A stretch of DNA of 63,530 bases, the filler included, from Octopus bimaculoides (lineage: Eukaryota), in NCBI RefSeq assembly GCF_001194135.2. It is 6 parts of 5 records of this genome, joined end to end, with 100 filler letters (N's around TTAATTAATTAA, not from the genome) between each part and the next. Parts side by side here need not be neighbours in the genome. Positions count along the whole stretch, not along the records: positions 1 to 23,009 come from NC_068982.1; positions 23,110 to 45,399 come from NC_068981.1; 4 more parts are not named here. One strand, written 5' to 3'. This document shows, piece by piece, positions 12,905-25,100 of this stretch. The notes beneath the pieces were generated by a model. That model was given only the letters and a program-made list of their open reading frames with translations, did not search any database and had not been told where the DNA came from. Positions within the stretch are counted from its first letter, which is position 1; each line of letters begins with the position of its first letter. The position numbers and the translations under genes are program-made.

Positions 12905-13640
12905 AATTCAAATTTTGGCATGGCCCTGAAAGGCTGAAAGGCAAAGACGACCGTGGCAGAATTTGAACCCAGAACGTAAAAAAACCCCAGAAGGAATGCA
13001 TCTAAGCACCTTATTCAACTTGCTAACGAATATAACAGCAAGCCACCTGAAGTTGAATTCATAATATTCTTTCGAAATTTTCTACAAGGCCAGCAATTTT
13101 AATGGGAGGAACAACTCGATTGCATTGACCCCAGAACTCAAAGAGTACCTATCTTATCGACCCTTGATGGGTTCGATAAGTTAGGCACTTGAAATTGAAC
13201 ATATTATCGGCACAATGCCAGTTATGTTGTGGGAGGCGCTTGCATCGATCCCAGTACTCAACTTATATTCACTTACTTTATGGATCCCGAAGGATGAAGG
13301 GCAGAGTTGACCTCGGAGGAATATGGACTTAGAACGTTAAAACAGACGAAATGCTGCTAAGCATTTTTCCCGTTATGCTAACGGTTCTTCCAGCTCATCG
13401 TCCTTGTTTAACACGTAATATTGGTTTCAAATTCCGGCTCAAAGGCAGTAGGTTTGAGTGAGGGAATAAGTTTGTAAAATCGATCCCTGTACTAAAAGTA
13501 CTGCTTATTTTATCGACGCAAATGATGAAGGGCAAAGTCGTCCTCGGTAGAACTTGAACTCAGAACGTAAAGACGAACGAAATGCGGCTAAACATTTGTC
13601 CAGCATGCTAACGATCCTGATAGCTCACCGTCCTCGGGAA
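12905..13640 (-). mobile_element. Cluster of about 4 head-to-tail degenerate family A SINEs
   Basis: Repeated gaaggatgaagggcaaagtc..cctcgg..gaacttgaactcagaacgtaaa..gacgaaatgc..ctaagcattt modules near 12940, 13290 and 13525, plus a tail at 13070..13160. Confidence 0.85.
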
Positions 13641-16600
13641 ACATAATGTTAAATGAAATAAGCAGTCGATTGTTTGAATTCGAACCCAGACGATTAACAG
13701 ACATATTGAAATACCACCATTTATGTTTGGACGCTCTTGTTAAATAATTTTGTTATTAAGGTCTATAAAATGACTTGTAATTACATGAAATTGGTGTAGA
13801 ATTGATTAAATATGCGCCGTAGTCCTACATTTGAATACGTAAGTTAATTTATTGATTTTATTGATCTGCTGATGACCTCAAGTACGTTTTAGACTGACTA
13901 AAATATTTAAATGAACGTAAAATATATGAACAAAATAACAAAAACAAAATATCTAAGTAAGTAATTTTCAGTTCTATAATCTTTTATCATAAAAGAATAT
14001 TTCAAGGTGTGTAAAATAAATATTTTAGTTTATTCTCTTGAGTTGCTCATTCGTATAATGTTCTTTAAAATGATCACGTATATTGATATCAACCGAATCG
14101 ATATACACAGAAATAGTCTGTTAAAAATGGAGATTACATTACACATCAAATTTAATTAGAATAGATCATGTATGTACGATACAAATCAGAGAACATTTAT
14201 ATTATGAAAACCATTAGAGATTCTATCTCTGTCTGGAAACTTTAAAATTCAAATAGACTAAATATTTCCTTTATCCGTTACATTATAGATAGTAGAAAGA
14301 ATCTGTGGACTAATCAGTGATATATAAACTCGTTATGCAATATCGCTAAAATAACAGTAGTTGCACAAATTTTACTTAGCCAACTTTTTTCTATCCACTA
14401 TTCTAGTTGAATCAGGAAAGAATATGGCCATTTGCTTTGCCGATAAAATTACAATATATTTTTAGAATACAGCTTGCAATATCTTTGAAACAATCTCTAG
14501 ATTTTGTTTCTATTTGCTTTACTAATGTGTGTAATGGAAATCCTACTGAATTCATTCTTCAATTGGGCATAGAATATGAGATTGTATCATTGGGATAATA
14601 TGGAACTTTGGAAAATGAATAAAAGAAAGCTGTGCTATATCAATACAAAGCGCACGTCATTGAATATTCGTACGCTTGTAAGTAATTTAAAACCATTATA
14701 AAACAGAAAATGAACACTCTCTGTCTCTTAAATGGCGGCTGTTTCGGTCTAGTTCAAACGCTATAAATGAATTGATATAACTTATAGTAGAAAAATAATT
14801 AGATATTTTGTGGTGGTAATGAACGAAAACAGCTATAACAAAATATGAAAGTCGACTGGAATAAATATTGCATTATAAGATTTATAGAAAGATAAAAAAA
14901 AAACGGCGAACTAATTGTTTTAATTGGCCTCTAATGCGTAAATGTAGCTATCCGTTATGTGTATGAATATATCCAGTTGTTCGCAGGTGCAATAATTGCT
15001 GCACGGGAACATTTCAGATTGGACACATTGCTTTCAAAGCTGGGAAAATGATTAAATAGCAATGTTGTGTAAAAGATTTATGAGAACTACAGTGATTTCT
15101 AAAGCAGGAGAAGCTCCTCTTGAAACAGTATAAATTGAACACCATATATATGCTGATGCTTTATTTGAAACCATATCTGAGACGTTTTTCGCAGCTACAA
15201 CTTTTAATTTTGTAACCATTTCTCGGATCGAGTTACTTCGAATTTGATATAAAATCTTGCATTCCAGGAAAGTATTCATGGCATATGTCGGCAATAATCA
15301 GTAATATTTTAAATATTTAAGGTGTGATCCCTTTAAGCAACATAGATCTTAATGTTGTCCATACGACTCTGGAACTCAGGAAAAAAAAGGTAATGATTCT
15401 ATAAGGGCTGGAATACTATCTAGAATTTGCATATATAACCCAAGCAACAAGATTCATGCCCTTTCGCCTATGAGGGCAATAACGTGTTATCTCATTTGAC
15501 ATTCCACGCATTATGCGAAATATGGATTTATTTCAAGTTTATGCAACATTATTTACTGACTAAAAGGCGCTTAACGAAATATTTGTTTGAAAAGTGTTAT
15601 AGAACAAGAAACTCCTAACACTCTATTTGACCTTCGACATAATTCAATAAACAGTGAAATTTATGAAATGTTATAGAAGTGATTACTGCTAATATTTAGC
15701 CTCAGTTCAATATTGACCGATTAAAGTAGCGATCATATTCTTCATACGTATCGCTTTATAATCACGCCTCTTAAGTATAATATAACTACAACTACACAAG
15801 ACTGAGAGTTATTCCATCAGAGAGACTTGGGTAAGATATTGGACTGATAAATTGTTCACATACAGCTTTACACTGCGAAATTTATTGTCCATAACACAAA
15901 CATTCCTCATAGAAAATTTTAAAGCTTCACGAGAACAAAATAACATTCCCTTGCCTTAAAACTATAGGAACAAGTAATTATATATAAAGACGTTTATAAT
16001 TAAACCCTAGCCTGTAGTTACAATGCGGGTTTGAAATCTCTGTTTAACTCGGCAACTTGGGGAGGTATCTTGTTATATAGACCCAGACAACCCAATGATG
16101 GGTCACTAAACTTGGTAGACGAAAATTGGAAAATTGTGAAAACCGTCGTATATGTAACTATTATGTATGTATGTATGTATGTATGTATGTATGTATGTAT
16201 GTATGTATTATGTGTGTAAGTATGCATTATGTATGTATGCATATGTGTGTATGTATGTGTGTATGTTTTTACGTATGTATGGGGTTATCTACCGATATAT
16301 AAATGAATATAAATGTACATGTAAACACGTATATATATANNNNNNNNNNNNNNNNNNNNNNNNNNNNNNNNNNNNNNNNNNNNNNNNNNNNNNNNNNNNN
16401 NNNNNNNNNNNNNNNNNNNNNNNNNNNNNNNNNNNNNNNNNNNNNNNNNNNNNNNNNNNNNNNNNNNNNNNNNNNNNNNNNNNNNNNNNNNNNNNNNNNN
16501 NNNNNNNNNNNNNNNNNNNNNNNNNNNNNNNNNNNNNNNNNNNNNNNNNNNNNNNNNNNNNNNNNNNNNNNNNNNNNNNNNNNNNNNNNNNNNNNNNNNN

Positions 16601-16671
16601 NNNNNNNNNNNNNNNNNNNNNNNNNNNNNNNNNNNNNNNNNNNNNNNNNNNTATATATATATATATATATA

Positions 16672-16868
16672 TGCCGATGCCCTCGTGGGCATCGGTACCA
16701 TTTTCCTTTTTCTCCGTTCTTCCATTCTCCGAACTTTCCATCTTTCCGACGAAGGGCTACGCCCGAAACGTCATACATTCTCTCTTTCCTTTCCTGAGCG
16801 TCCAATAATACTATCCATATCACGACCTCACTTTGTTGTTTTTGGGTTTTTTTGTTATTGTTTTTTTG

Positions 16869-16870
<2 letters not shown>
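16672..16870 (+). mobile_element. Penelope-like terminal repeat fragment with 5' fold-back hairpin and hammerhead motif
   Basis: Shares GAAACGTC..ctttc..tgagcgtc..ttgtt organisation with the minus-strand copies at 37860..38000 and 39830..39990. Confidence 0.65.
16741..16777 (+). ncRNA. Minimal type-I hammerhead ribozyme motif, degenerate (core U4>C, weak stem I)
   Basis: tcttt-CCGACGA-A-GGGC-tac-GCCC-GAAAC-GTC-ataca. Confidence 0.6.
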
Positions 16871-16935
<65 letters not shown>

Positions 16936-17528
16936 TGTCTGTGTGTGAGTGTGTGCGAAATTTAGGTTAGCTAAAGGCAAACTCAATACAGTTAGCGTGC
17001 AAAAAATGTTCTCATATGGTAAAAATGTGTAAAAACACCATATCTATCCAGTGCTGGCACGTATCGGATTCTCAGATCTCGAGTTTTCGAGCTTCTTGGT
17101 TATTATGTATGAGAAATAATGAAGAGAGGTAACTCTTGACAGTCCTAAACACGCTTTGCCTTTACCTAAAATACAGTCAATAGCTTGACTGATTTGCGCC
17201 AGGAGACCGCCAGGCTCGAGAAAATAATTGTTATTGCTAGCACCAAGCTCTTAAGGTCTGTTAAGATATGTTTTTCACATATCATATCTGCTTAAGGTAA
17301 ATTCCCATTGATAACAGTAAGAAGCTAGAAACGTTGATAGTTGGAAATCCGACCGATGACAGCACTGGGCAGATATGATGGTCATTTTTTTTTTACCATA
17401 AGAGACTATGTTTCTCCATGGCAAGTGAAGTGAAGTTGCTTTTAGCAGTTGAAATATGCCACAGACATATCTTAACTAACATATATTTTGCTTATACCTA
17501 AACAATACTTGGCGTTGATATTATTGTG

Positions 17529-17586
<58 letters not shown>

Positions 17587-17893
17587 ATCTATATATGTAT
17601 GTATATATATATATATATANNNNNNNNNNNNNNNNNNNNNNNNNNNNNNNNNNNNNNNNNNNNNNNNNNNNNNNNNNNNNNNNNNNNNNNNNNNNNNNNN
17701 NNNNNNNNNNNNNNNNNNNNNNNNNNNNNNNNNNNNNNNNNNNNNNNNNNNNNNNNNNNNNNNNNNNNNNNNNNNNNNNNNNNNNNNNNNNNNNNNNNNN
17801 NNNNNNNNNNNNNNNNNNNNNNNNNNNNNNNNNNNNNNNNTATATATGCACAATATAAATAACTTACAAAGATGTACTGGAATCAATACATTA

Positions 17894-18099
17894 CGGCCGT
17901 TTCAACCGGTTCCATTTAATTGATTAATGAAAATATTACACCAGTTTGAAAGAAACCGTTCTCGTCAGATGAATTAGAGGTATACTAAATATATGTACTT
18001 TTAATTCGATTACCCCTTATATTCGATACGACATTTTACAATATCTCATACTTATACTGTTTTCATTAATCAATTAAACGTAGCAGCTTGAAACAACCG
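17894..18099. mobile_element. Tc1/mariner-type MITE with about 40-bp TIRs and TA flanks
   Basis: TA|cggccgtttcaaccggttccatttaattgattaatgaaaa ... ttttcattaatcaattaaacgtagcagcttgaaacaaccg|TA; the inner 19 bp pair perfectly. Confidence 0.8.
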
Positions 18100-20242
18100 T
18101 AATGAATTGACACCTGTATATCATTGTTATTTATTTATATTCTGCTCATCTAAATTAGAATCTGCAGTTCGGAAATACTATAGAAAGTAACTTTATAAAA
18201 TGTACATGTCTGATTTACCAAGAGCAGATAACTTCACTGAGCTGCGTTGCGTTTTCTGCACAAACGACAGAAATATTAGGTACAAATACCCCTACTAGGA
18301 GTCTTGATATTCCATATTCAAATAAAAGTGTTGGGACGGGCAGATTATACCGAACGAGTAAGGTGCCTCAATTTAAGTACCTAATTCAACTGAATCTCAA
18401 TTATACACACACACGAACACACTTACTTGCTTCCAGTAAGTTTATAGCTACCATAATAAAAGGCAACCTTTATTTGTGATATCTACATATTTAACATCTC
18501 TAAACTGAAAGAATCTTCGTGTCACTATTCTATGCACGTCTTTTAGTCAGTATTATTGACTTTTCTCAATGAGGCATGGATTTTTATGAGGCTTTCCGTC
18601 AAAGACTGGTAAATTTATATTCAGTCTTCACTCAGAACTCTTTTCTGCTATGTAATTCATCTAAGTTTCAATGGTCTTACTCGTAACTCTCTATCAAGTT
18701 ATATTTGTATCTGCTTTGTGGGAAAAGAACGGGATATTCAGCAATCTAATTTAGATATTATATTTTGAGTGTTTGTTTCGACGCTTGTCATAATTTGCTT
18801 GTACGGCATAAGATTTTTGATAGGAAAACGTTTGTTCTTCGTATCAGTCCAACATTGGAATAAATGAGTTTCGTATATTCGGCTGTGCTTGCTACAATTA
18901 AGTTGTTTCGCTTGTGTATGACTTTCAGGTGCTTTAACACCCAACCTATTGAGGGAATCAGCCTACAGGACCTATACAGTAAGGAACCCGCGTACAAACA
19001 AAGCACATTATATGAAGAGTTATCTCCGATAAACTATTTTATAATAAAACAGAGACAACCAGAGGCTAAATATTCAAAGATCTATTATATAGAGTGTCAT
19101 CAGGAAATGAGAAAAAAATTCTTAAAGTTATTTATGTCACTAAATGATGTGATTGCGAACGTCGTCAATCAACTCTTTAGTATCCTCAAGTTTGAAATTT
19201 TGAGTAATATACACGATGTAATAGTTAGATTCAATCTACTAAACAAGTTCAGTAAACATTTTTGGCATGTTCCAAAATACCAAAATAAATGACCATTAAT
19301 AATTCTGTTTACGTTGCTGCAAATATTCAATTCTATTTTCGTTATTCCAGATTTTTCGATGACAAAAATAACCAATCATTTCTATAACATTTTTTTTTTT
19401 CCTTTACTAGTATCACTTCATTATCCAGTCTTGTATCTTCTGTTTTGCATTTTGAATGCCATATACATAGCAACATCTCAAAATTTTACTGATTCATATT
19501 CAAAAACAAAAGACATATTACCTTTATGTATATTTTATCTTGCGGCGATATTTCCACTTTTGGCAATTTTGTGATTCAAAGTGATGTGTATGTATATGCA
19601 AACATACATATATACAGGCACTCATATATATGTATATACTATTGCACAGTTGGAGGAGCATTATGCCGGTAACAGAAATACGAACTATATATAGAGAGAG
19701 ATGAAATATACGAAAAAAAAAAAAGGCAAAGCCAGATGTATGAGTGTACGTGCGTGTATCTGCGTGTCATATATGCACTCAATTTAGGGAAATGAGAAAA
19801 ATATTTTGTTCTTGTATATTTGCGTCACTCGATCGCTTGTGTCCATGCGTTAACAGCACACTCCGGGGATTTTAACGATAGTACTTCTCGAAGGTCGTAC
19901 TTCAATCTGGTTCATATTTTATCGATCAGGTTTTTACGATTTTCTTTTCACTCAAAAAGAAAAAAGAAAACAATCCACTACTTTGCCGTAACGTTAATAC
20001 CGATGAAGCCTAAGTCATTATTGATCCACTTTGAGCATTGGGAATAAAAAAATCTGTGGTATAGGTAAAAACCAGCCAGATGGTAGTATGGAAAGCATAA
20101 CTGTAAGCTGAGATTAGAGTTATGCATACGCTACGGATACGGCGTGAGTGATGAGAACAAAAGTGACAGGTAGGACTGCTGTGGGAAAAATAGACGGTGG
20201 TAAAAGAGCCGTACAAAAAAGAAACTAGGTATTAAGAAAAGG

Positions 20243-20277
<35 letters not shown>

Positions 20278-20279
<2 letters not shown>

Positions 20280-20570
20280 GTGGTTGTCTACTCCTCAAAC
20301 AGAGTTTGACCACCTCCTTCACCTACACCTTAGCCCTTTCATGGCGTCTGATGTGGCTTTTTAAACCAGACAGTGTTTTGAAAAAAACACCCTCACAGAT
20401 TGCACCTCTGATTTGCACTACCAATACCTGCAAGTAAGTTCTGCTTATTGTGGATCCTAACATGTCTTTTAAGACCCCCATTGGATTTGCAAACCCTCCG
20501 GCACACACCACATTCAAACGTGTGCAAAGACATATAATCAGAATAGCTGGATGCGGTTTGTTTTCCATGT
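20278..20570 (-). mobile_element. 3' end of an RTE-like LINE encoding two C2H2 zinc fingers (second disrupted), short 3' UTR, (TA)n tail
   Basis: FECGVCRRVCKSNGGLKRHVRIH (20450..20512) and AICEGVFFKTLSGLKSHIRRH (about 20341..20403), stop at 20323..20325; same finger style as the RTE at 52925..53545. Confidence 0.7.
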
Positions 20571-20583
20571 ATATATATAAACA

Positions 20584-21740
20584 CACAGGCGTTGGACAAG
20601 ATAATGGAAACAACTTAACATTTCAAATAAATTCAATTTAATATGGGTTATGACCGCCTTTGGCAGTATTTACAGCTTTGTCCTACGAGGTATGGGTTCG
20701 TACAAAGTTTGAATTGTTTCCAAAGGAATTTTCGCCCTTTCTTCAGCTAAAGCACTTTACACGTCGTGTAGTGATGATGGTGGATGGTATCGACTCCTTA
20801 CTTGTTTATCTAAAGTGCACCATAAATGTTCAAGATATTGAGATCTGGGGACTGTGGTGGCCAGATAGATTGTTCAACTTCACTAGAATGTTCCTCGTGG
20901 AATTCAGTACAACTTTAATTGTGCGAATTGGTGTATTATCATCGGGAACAATTGTTTTTCTCTCCAGAAACAGTTCAGCAAACATAGAATGAATTTGATT
21001 AAATAAAATGCTTGAATAGACTTGACTATTAACACTGCCATGAACGGAAAACATTGGGCCGGCGGATTTCCAAAATATCGCCCCCCCCCCCCCGATCATC
21101 GCAGATCCTTCTCCATGTTTAACAGTTCGAAGAAGGCAGTCTGGGTCAAATGCTTCTTTTGACTGTCTCCACACGTATATTCGGCCAGTGGTCAGAAATA
21201 AGGTAACGGATGAGTCATCCGAGAAAATAACATTTTCCACTGCTCTACGGATCAATTCTGTCAGATTTTACTCCACTCGAAACGCTTTGCAACGTTTGTT
21301 TTTGAAAGTAGTGGTTTTCTGTTTGCAGCCCTCCTTTGAAATCCGGCTTTGTACAGCTTCCGGTGAGCAATTGTGCGGAAACTGGGTTCTCCGAGTGGTC
21401 ATTAACTTCTGCAGTAATTTTGGGAGCTGTACTTTTGTGATCCTTTCTAATAATTCGCGTAAGAGTCCCTATATGAAAGTTTTGGTTTTCTTCCGGAGTT
21501 TTGTTATCGGTGAGTAGGTTTTCCCTCTTTCACAAAGGCTGTCTTCACTTTCGAGACAGTACTTCTTGATACACCAAACATTTCGGCTGTTTTCGTTACG
21601 CTAGCGCTTGCTATTTGAAAGTCCGATAGATATGTCATTTTAATGAATTTTAATTGCCTTTTTCTGATGACATCTGAAAATAAGCAGCAATTTTAGCAAA
21701 ACATAAATTAAAAACAAAAATAAACAAGCTTTTGACGGTT
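20584..21740 (-). mobile_element. Degenerate Tc1 (DD34E) transposon; transposase pseudogene 20638..21638; 3' TIR present
   Basis: MTYLSDF..ASVTKTAEMFGVSRSTVSKV; VIFSDDSSVTLF..GRIYVWR..TVKHG; DDNTPI; WPPQSPDLNI; ends GGHNPY*; terminal cacaggcgttggacaagataatggaaaca resembles a Tc1 TIR; 5' TIR not found. Confidence 0.92.
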
Positions 21741-22339
21741 TTATAGATATATCTCAAAATTATTTTCCGTTGTGGGAACAACTGTTTTTTCGAAGACACA
21801 TCTTGTCGTAATTGCTCGAAATGTGGAGTAGATAAATATCCGAAACTGATGAAGGGTCGTTCTCTATGTTACTTATCCTGTTTTCCATTTGTTTCTTTCG
21901 TTGTTCGCAAAAAACGTTCGTATTCCATGTTTTCATATTTCATGTTGTTTACGTTTTATGACGCCCTGTATCCATATATGCATATGTATATGTATATACA
22001 TGTATATCTATGTATATATATATATATTATTTATATTGTATTATATATGCATACATACATACATACATACATTCATTCATACAACGGAAAATAAAATTTG
22101 CGATTTGTGGAGGATCAAAATATTGGTTTCAACCTTCTCAGAAGTAATTGCAGATATATCCTGAACGAAAAGAATGGGTATATTTTACATTACACTAAAA
22201 CTATCAACATTTTTGTATTGGCTTGCGTAAACAATCCATGTGACTCACCATGTTTGGAAAGGTCAGGTAAATAACGAAGGGTTAATTGAATTGTTCAAGT
22301 TATATTAGTAACAGTAATGTGAATGTTATTAATAATTAT

Positions 22340-22571
22340 TTCAAATTTTTCCATAAGGGCAGCAATTTTGTGGGAGGAGATGAGTCGATTACATCGACAC
22401 CATTGTTCAACTGGTACTTATTTTATCGAGCGAGAAAGATGAACGGTAACGTCGAACTCGGTGGAATTTGAACTCAGAACGTAACGACGGATGAAATACT
22501 GCAAAGAGAATATTATTAATGATAATATCCAGTGGCAATCCGGCAAAAACAACAACAACAACAACAACAAC

Positions 22572-22613
<42 letters not shown>

Positions 22614-22822
22614 TTCTACTGAAGTCAAAAGTCTTGAAATTTTTGGGAAGTGGACAAGTTGATTGCATCGATCCCAGTGCTTCACTGGTAATTTATTTAT
22701 CGACCCTGAAGTATGAAAGGCGATATCCACCTCGGCAGAATTTGAACTCAGATCGTACAGACGGATGAAGTGTCACTAAGCATTTCGCCCGACGTGCCAG
22801 CGATTCTGTCAGCCCACCGTTA
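22340..22822 (-). mobile_element. Two head-to-tail family A SINEs (22340..22500, 22630..22822) separated by (AAC)/(AAT)n
   Basis: gtcgattacatcgac..ctggtactta..ttatcga..gcagaatttgaactcaga modules twice. Confidence 0.87.
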
Positions 22823-22847
22823 GAACGTGAGGACGGACGATTTAATG

Positions 22848-22911
<64 letters not shown>

Positions 22912-22913
<2 letters not shown>

Positions 22914-23009
22914 TAGACCTATAACCTGTCTCCCTACGATCTACAAAGCCTTTACTGCAATAATATCACAGAGAGTGAGTAAACACCTGGAAAATAACAA
23001 CCTGTTTCC
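22912..23009 (+). mobile_element. R4/Dong-like non-LTR RT fragment starting directly after (AAT)n, running into a gap
   Basis: Translates YRPITCLPTIYKAFTAIISQRVSKHLENNNLF. Confidence 0.8.
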
Positions 23010-23053
23010 NNNNNNNNNNNNNNNNNNNNNNNNNNNNNNNNNNNNNNNNNNNN

Positions 23054-23065
23054 TTAATTAATTAA
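23054..23065. other. Artificial six-frame-stop scaffold linker TTAATTAATTAA (44 N + 12 + 44 N)
   Basis: Identical 100-bp construct occurs five times (23054, 45444, 55921, 60311, 62119). Confidence 0.95.
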
Positions 23066-23109
23066 NNNNNNNNNNNNNNNNNNNNNNNNNNNNNNNNNNN
23101 NNNNNNNNN

Positions 23110-23158
<49 letters not shown>

Positions 23159-23959
23159 TGTTTGTTCTGTTATATGAGCAAGGGAATTGAGAAGTAGTTA
23201 TGAAATTCCTTTCTCATATCTTCAATTCCATGTTCTATCTTATATGTGGTTTGTATGACCTTTTACTATATGAATAATATAATATGGAAATTATGCCTCA
23301 GCATTGGTTTCTGTACATTAAAACATGTGGGATTCTATGTGTATATTATTGTTTAAAATCTTCGATTTGTCGATATTATTCAAGGCATTAGAAGATATCA
23401 GCTTCATCGAAGTGCTGTATATAATGAAAATCAATAAAGCAGCGAAATTAGTTCAATCGGAATTTGATGAAAACTTTTAGAGAATATAGACAATGTAGAT
23501 CGGGGTGGATCTAGTCTTTAAACCGAGTCAAATATTCATCGCCGACACGGACCCAGGGGCCATATTATTACTTTTTTACTTGAACATTAATCAGTATATT
23601 AGTTTATACACTTTTGCAATACACTATCCTTGTGAGTGTTTAGTGTATTACACACGATTTCGCTGGTGAAATTTATATGATAGCTCCACAACTATAAAGT
23701 TTTATTTAACAAAGTATATTTAAACTAATCTTATTCCTCATCTGATATCACTGGAATCTATATAAACCTTACAGAAAAAATAATATATTTAAAGAGTGGT
23801 AATTGGGATAAATAAAACGTTCTGATGATCATAATTTATTTTCTATGACATCGTAATATTCTTTTTTGCTTTTCGTATCATCTGTAAATAGAACCTGTAT
23901 CCTGGTTACAGTTCTCTTGGAGTGCACGTCTTGTTATAGAAAACACGCTTTAAGAGGTG

Positions 23960-25100
23960 TTGTTGTTTTTGTTTGGCATCTAGGTTAATCTTGATTGAAC
24001 TAGGAGTTGAAATTATGATCCAAGTACCCTAGCCTTCGCTAAACTTATTTAAAAAAATATTTAGGACACTATCATCAAATATCTTCTGTTGCTAAAGACA
24101 ATGCGTTGCGATTATTTGATGGAGATTTGGTTGCTATTTCTTGACCGTAGTGCGACCATGTAAAGCTCCTTTGTTACCCCACGGATTAACATTTCACTGC
24201 ATTTCACTGCATCACGTTATATTATTGTTCAGATTTCCACGTCTTAAATCTACCTTTTGTACACCTGACTCGATAAAATAAGCACTAGTCATGTATTGGA
24301 GTAGAGCCCAATATACTGAAATTTTATCCCACAAATTTGTGGTTGTGAGCTTGAAACTAATTAAGGTGGTGAGATGTTACTGTTGTCATTTAATCTAATC
24401 CAGAACTAAGATCAAAGACAGTCCAGCCATGATCTTCCGCAATTATATGGAGGATTACATTATTGAATGTACCCTTTTCTTATCTAAAACTTTTGGGTGT
24501 ATTTTGAGGAGGATTTACTAGCAATCTCTACCAAATTGAGTGTCACATGTTTTCCTTATTGTTGTAATTGTTTCAGCTCCAGATCAGCTTTCAACGAGTA
24601 GACCTATCATCAAAGACGCTCCAACCGTGGCAACCCTATCTGTTCAGACAATTCATATGAATATAAAATATCTAATATCTCCTACTCTTGTTTAGTAATA
24701 GCTCCGTATGATTTGGGAGGAAATTTGGCTGCTATTTTGCGCGACCTAGTGGAGGTTCTAAGGTGACTGGAAGTGGTTTGGCAGAATCGGTAGAGTGGCG
24801 GACAAAATACCATAAAGGTTACCTCATTTTTACCGTCCGGGTTCAAATACCGTCGAGACTGATAAAATAATGTACTAATAATTAATATTATAAAAAAAAA
24901 AAACATCTTAGTTCAGTCCAGTTGATCCTAAATGACTAAGACGTTCCAATAGTGACAATCTAAATAATTAAAAAACAATTTTTATGATTGCATTATGCAA
25001 TGTGTCGTTTCCTTTACATAAGTTGTACTATGGTTTGAGAGAAACTGAGGTACTATAGCTAGCAGGTTCAGTTACCAGTACCTCCGGTGGCTCGCAAAGT
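23960..25100 (+). repeat. About four tandem degenerate copies of an old unclassified repeat (family C)
   Basis: Recurring gatcaaagac..tccagccatga and gagatttggctgctatttct-like motifs near 24120, 24410, 24605, 24720 and 24935; opposite-orientation copies near 32230..32470 and 39340..39550. Confidence 0.55.

Noticed and set aside
14630-14760. ACGTCA and aaATGGCGGC (CRE/YY1-like) motifs
   Set aside because: Isolated short motifs without CpG-island context; expected by chance
21815-21860. gctcGAAAtgt...CTGATGAaggg, possible permuted hammerhead
   Set aside because: Stem I cannot be formed and no GAAA follows stem II; at most a decayed Penelope-like fragment
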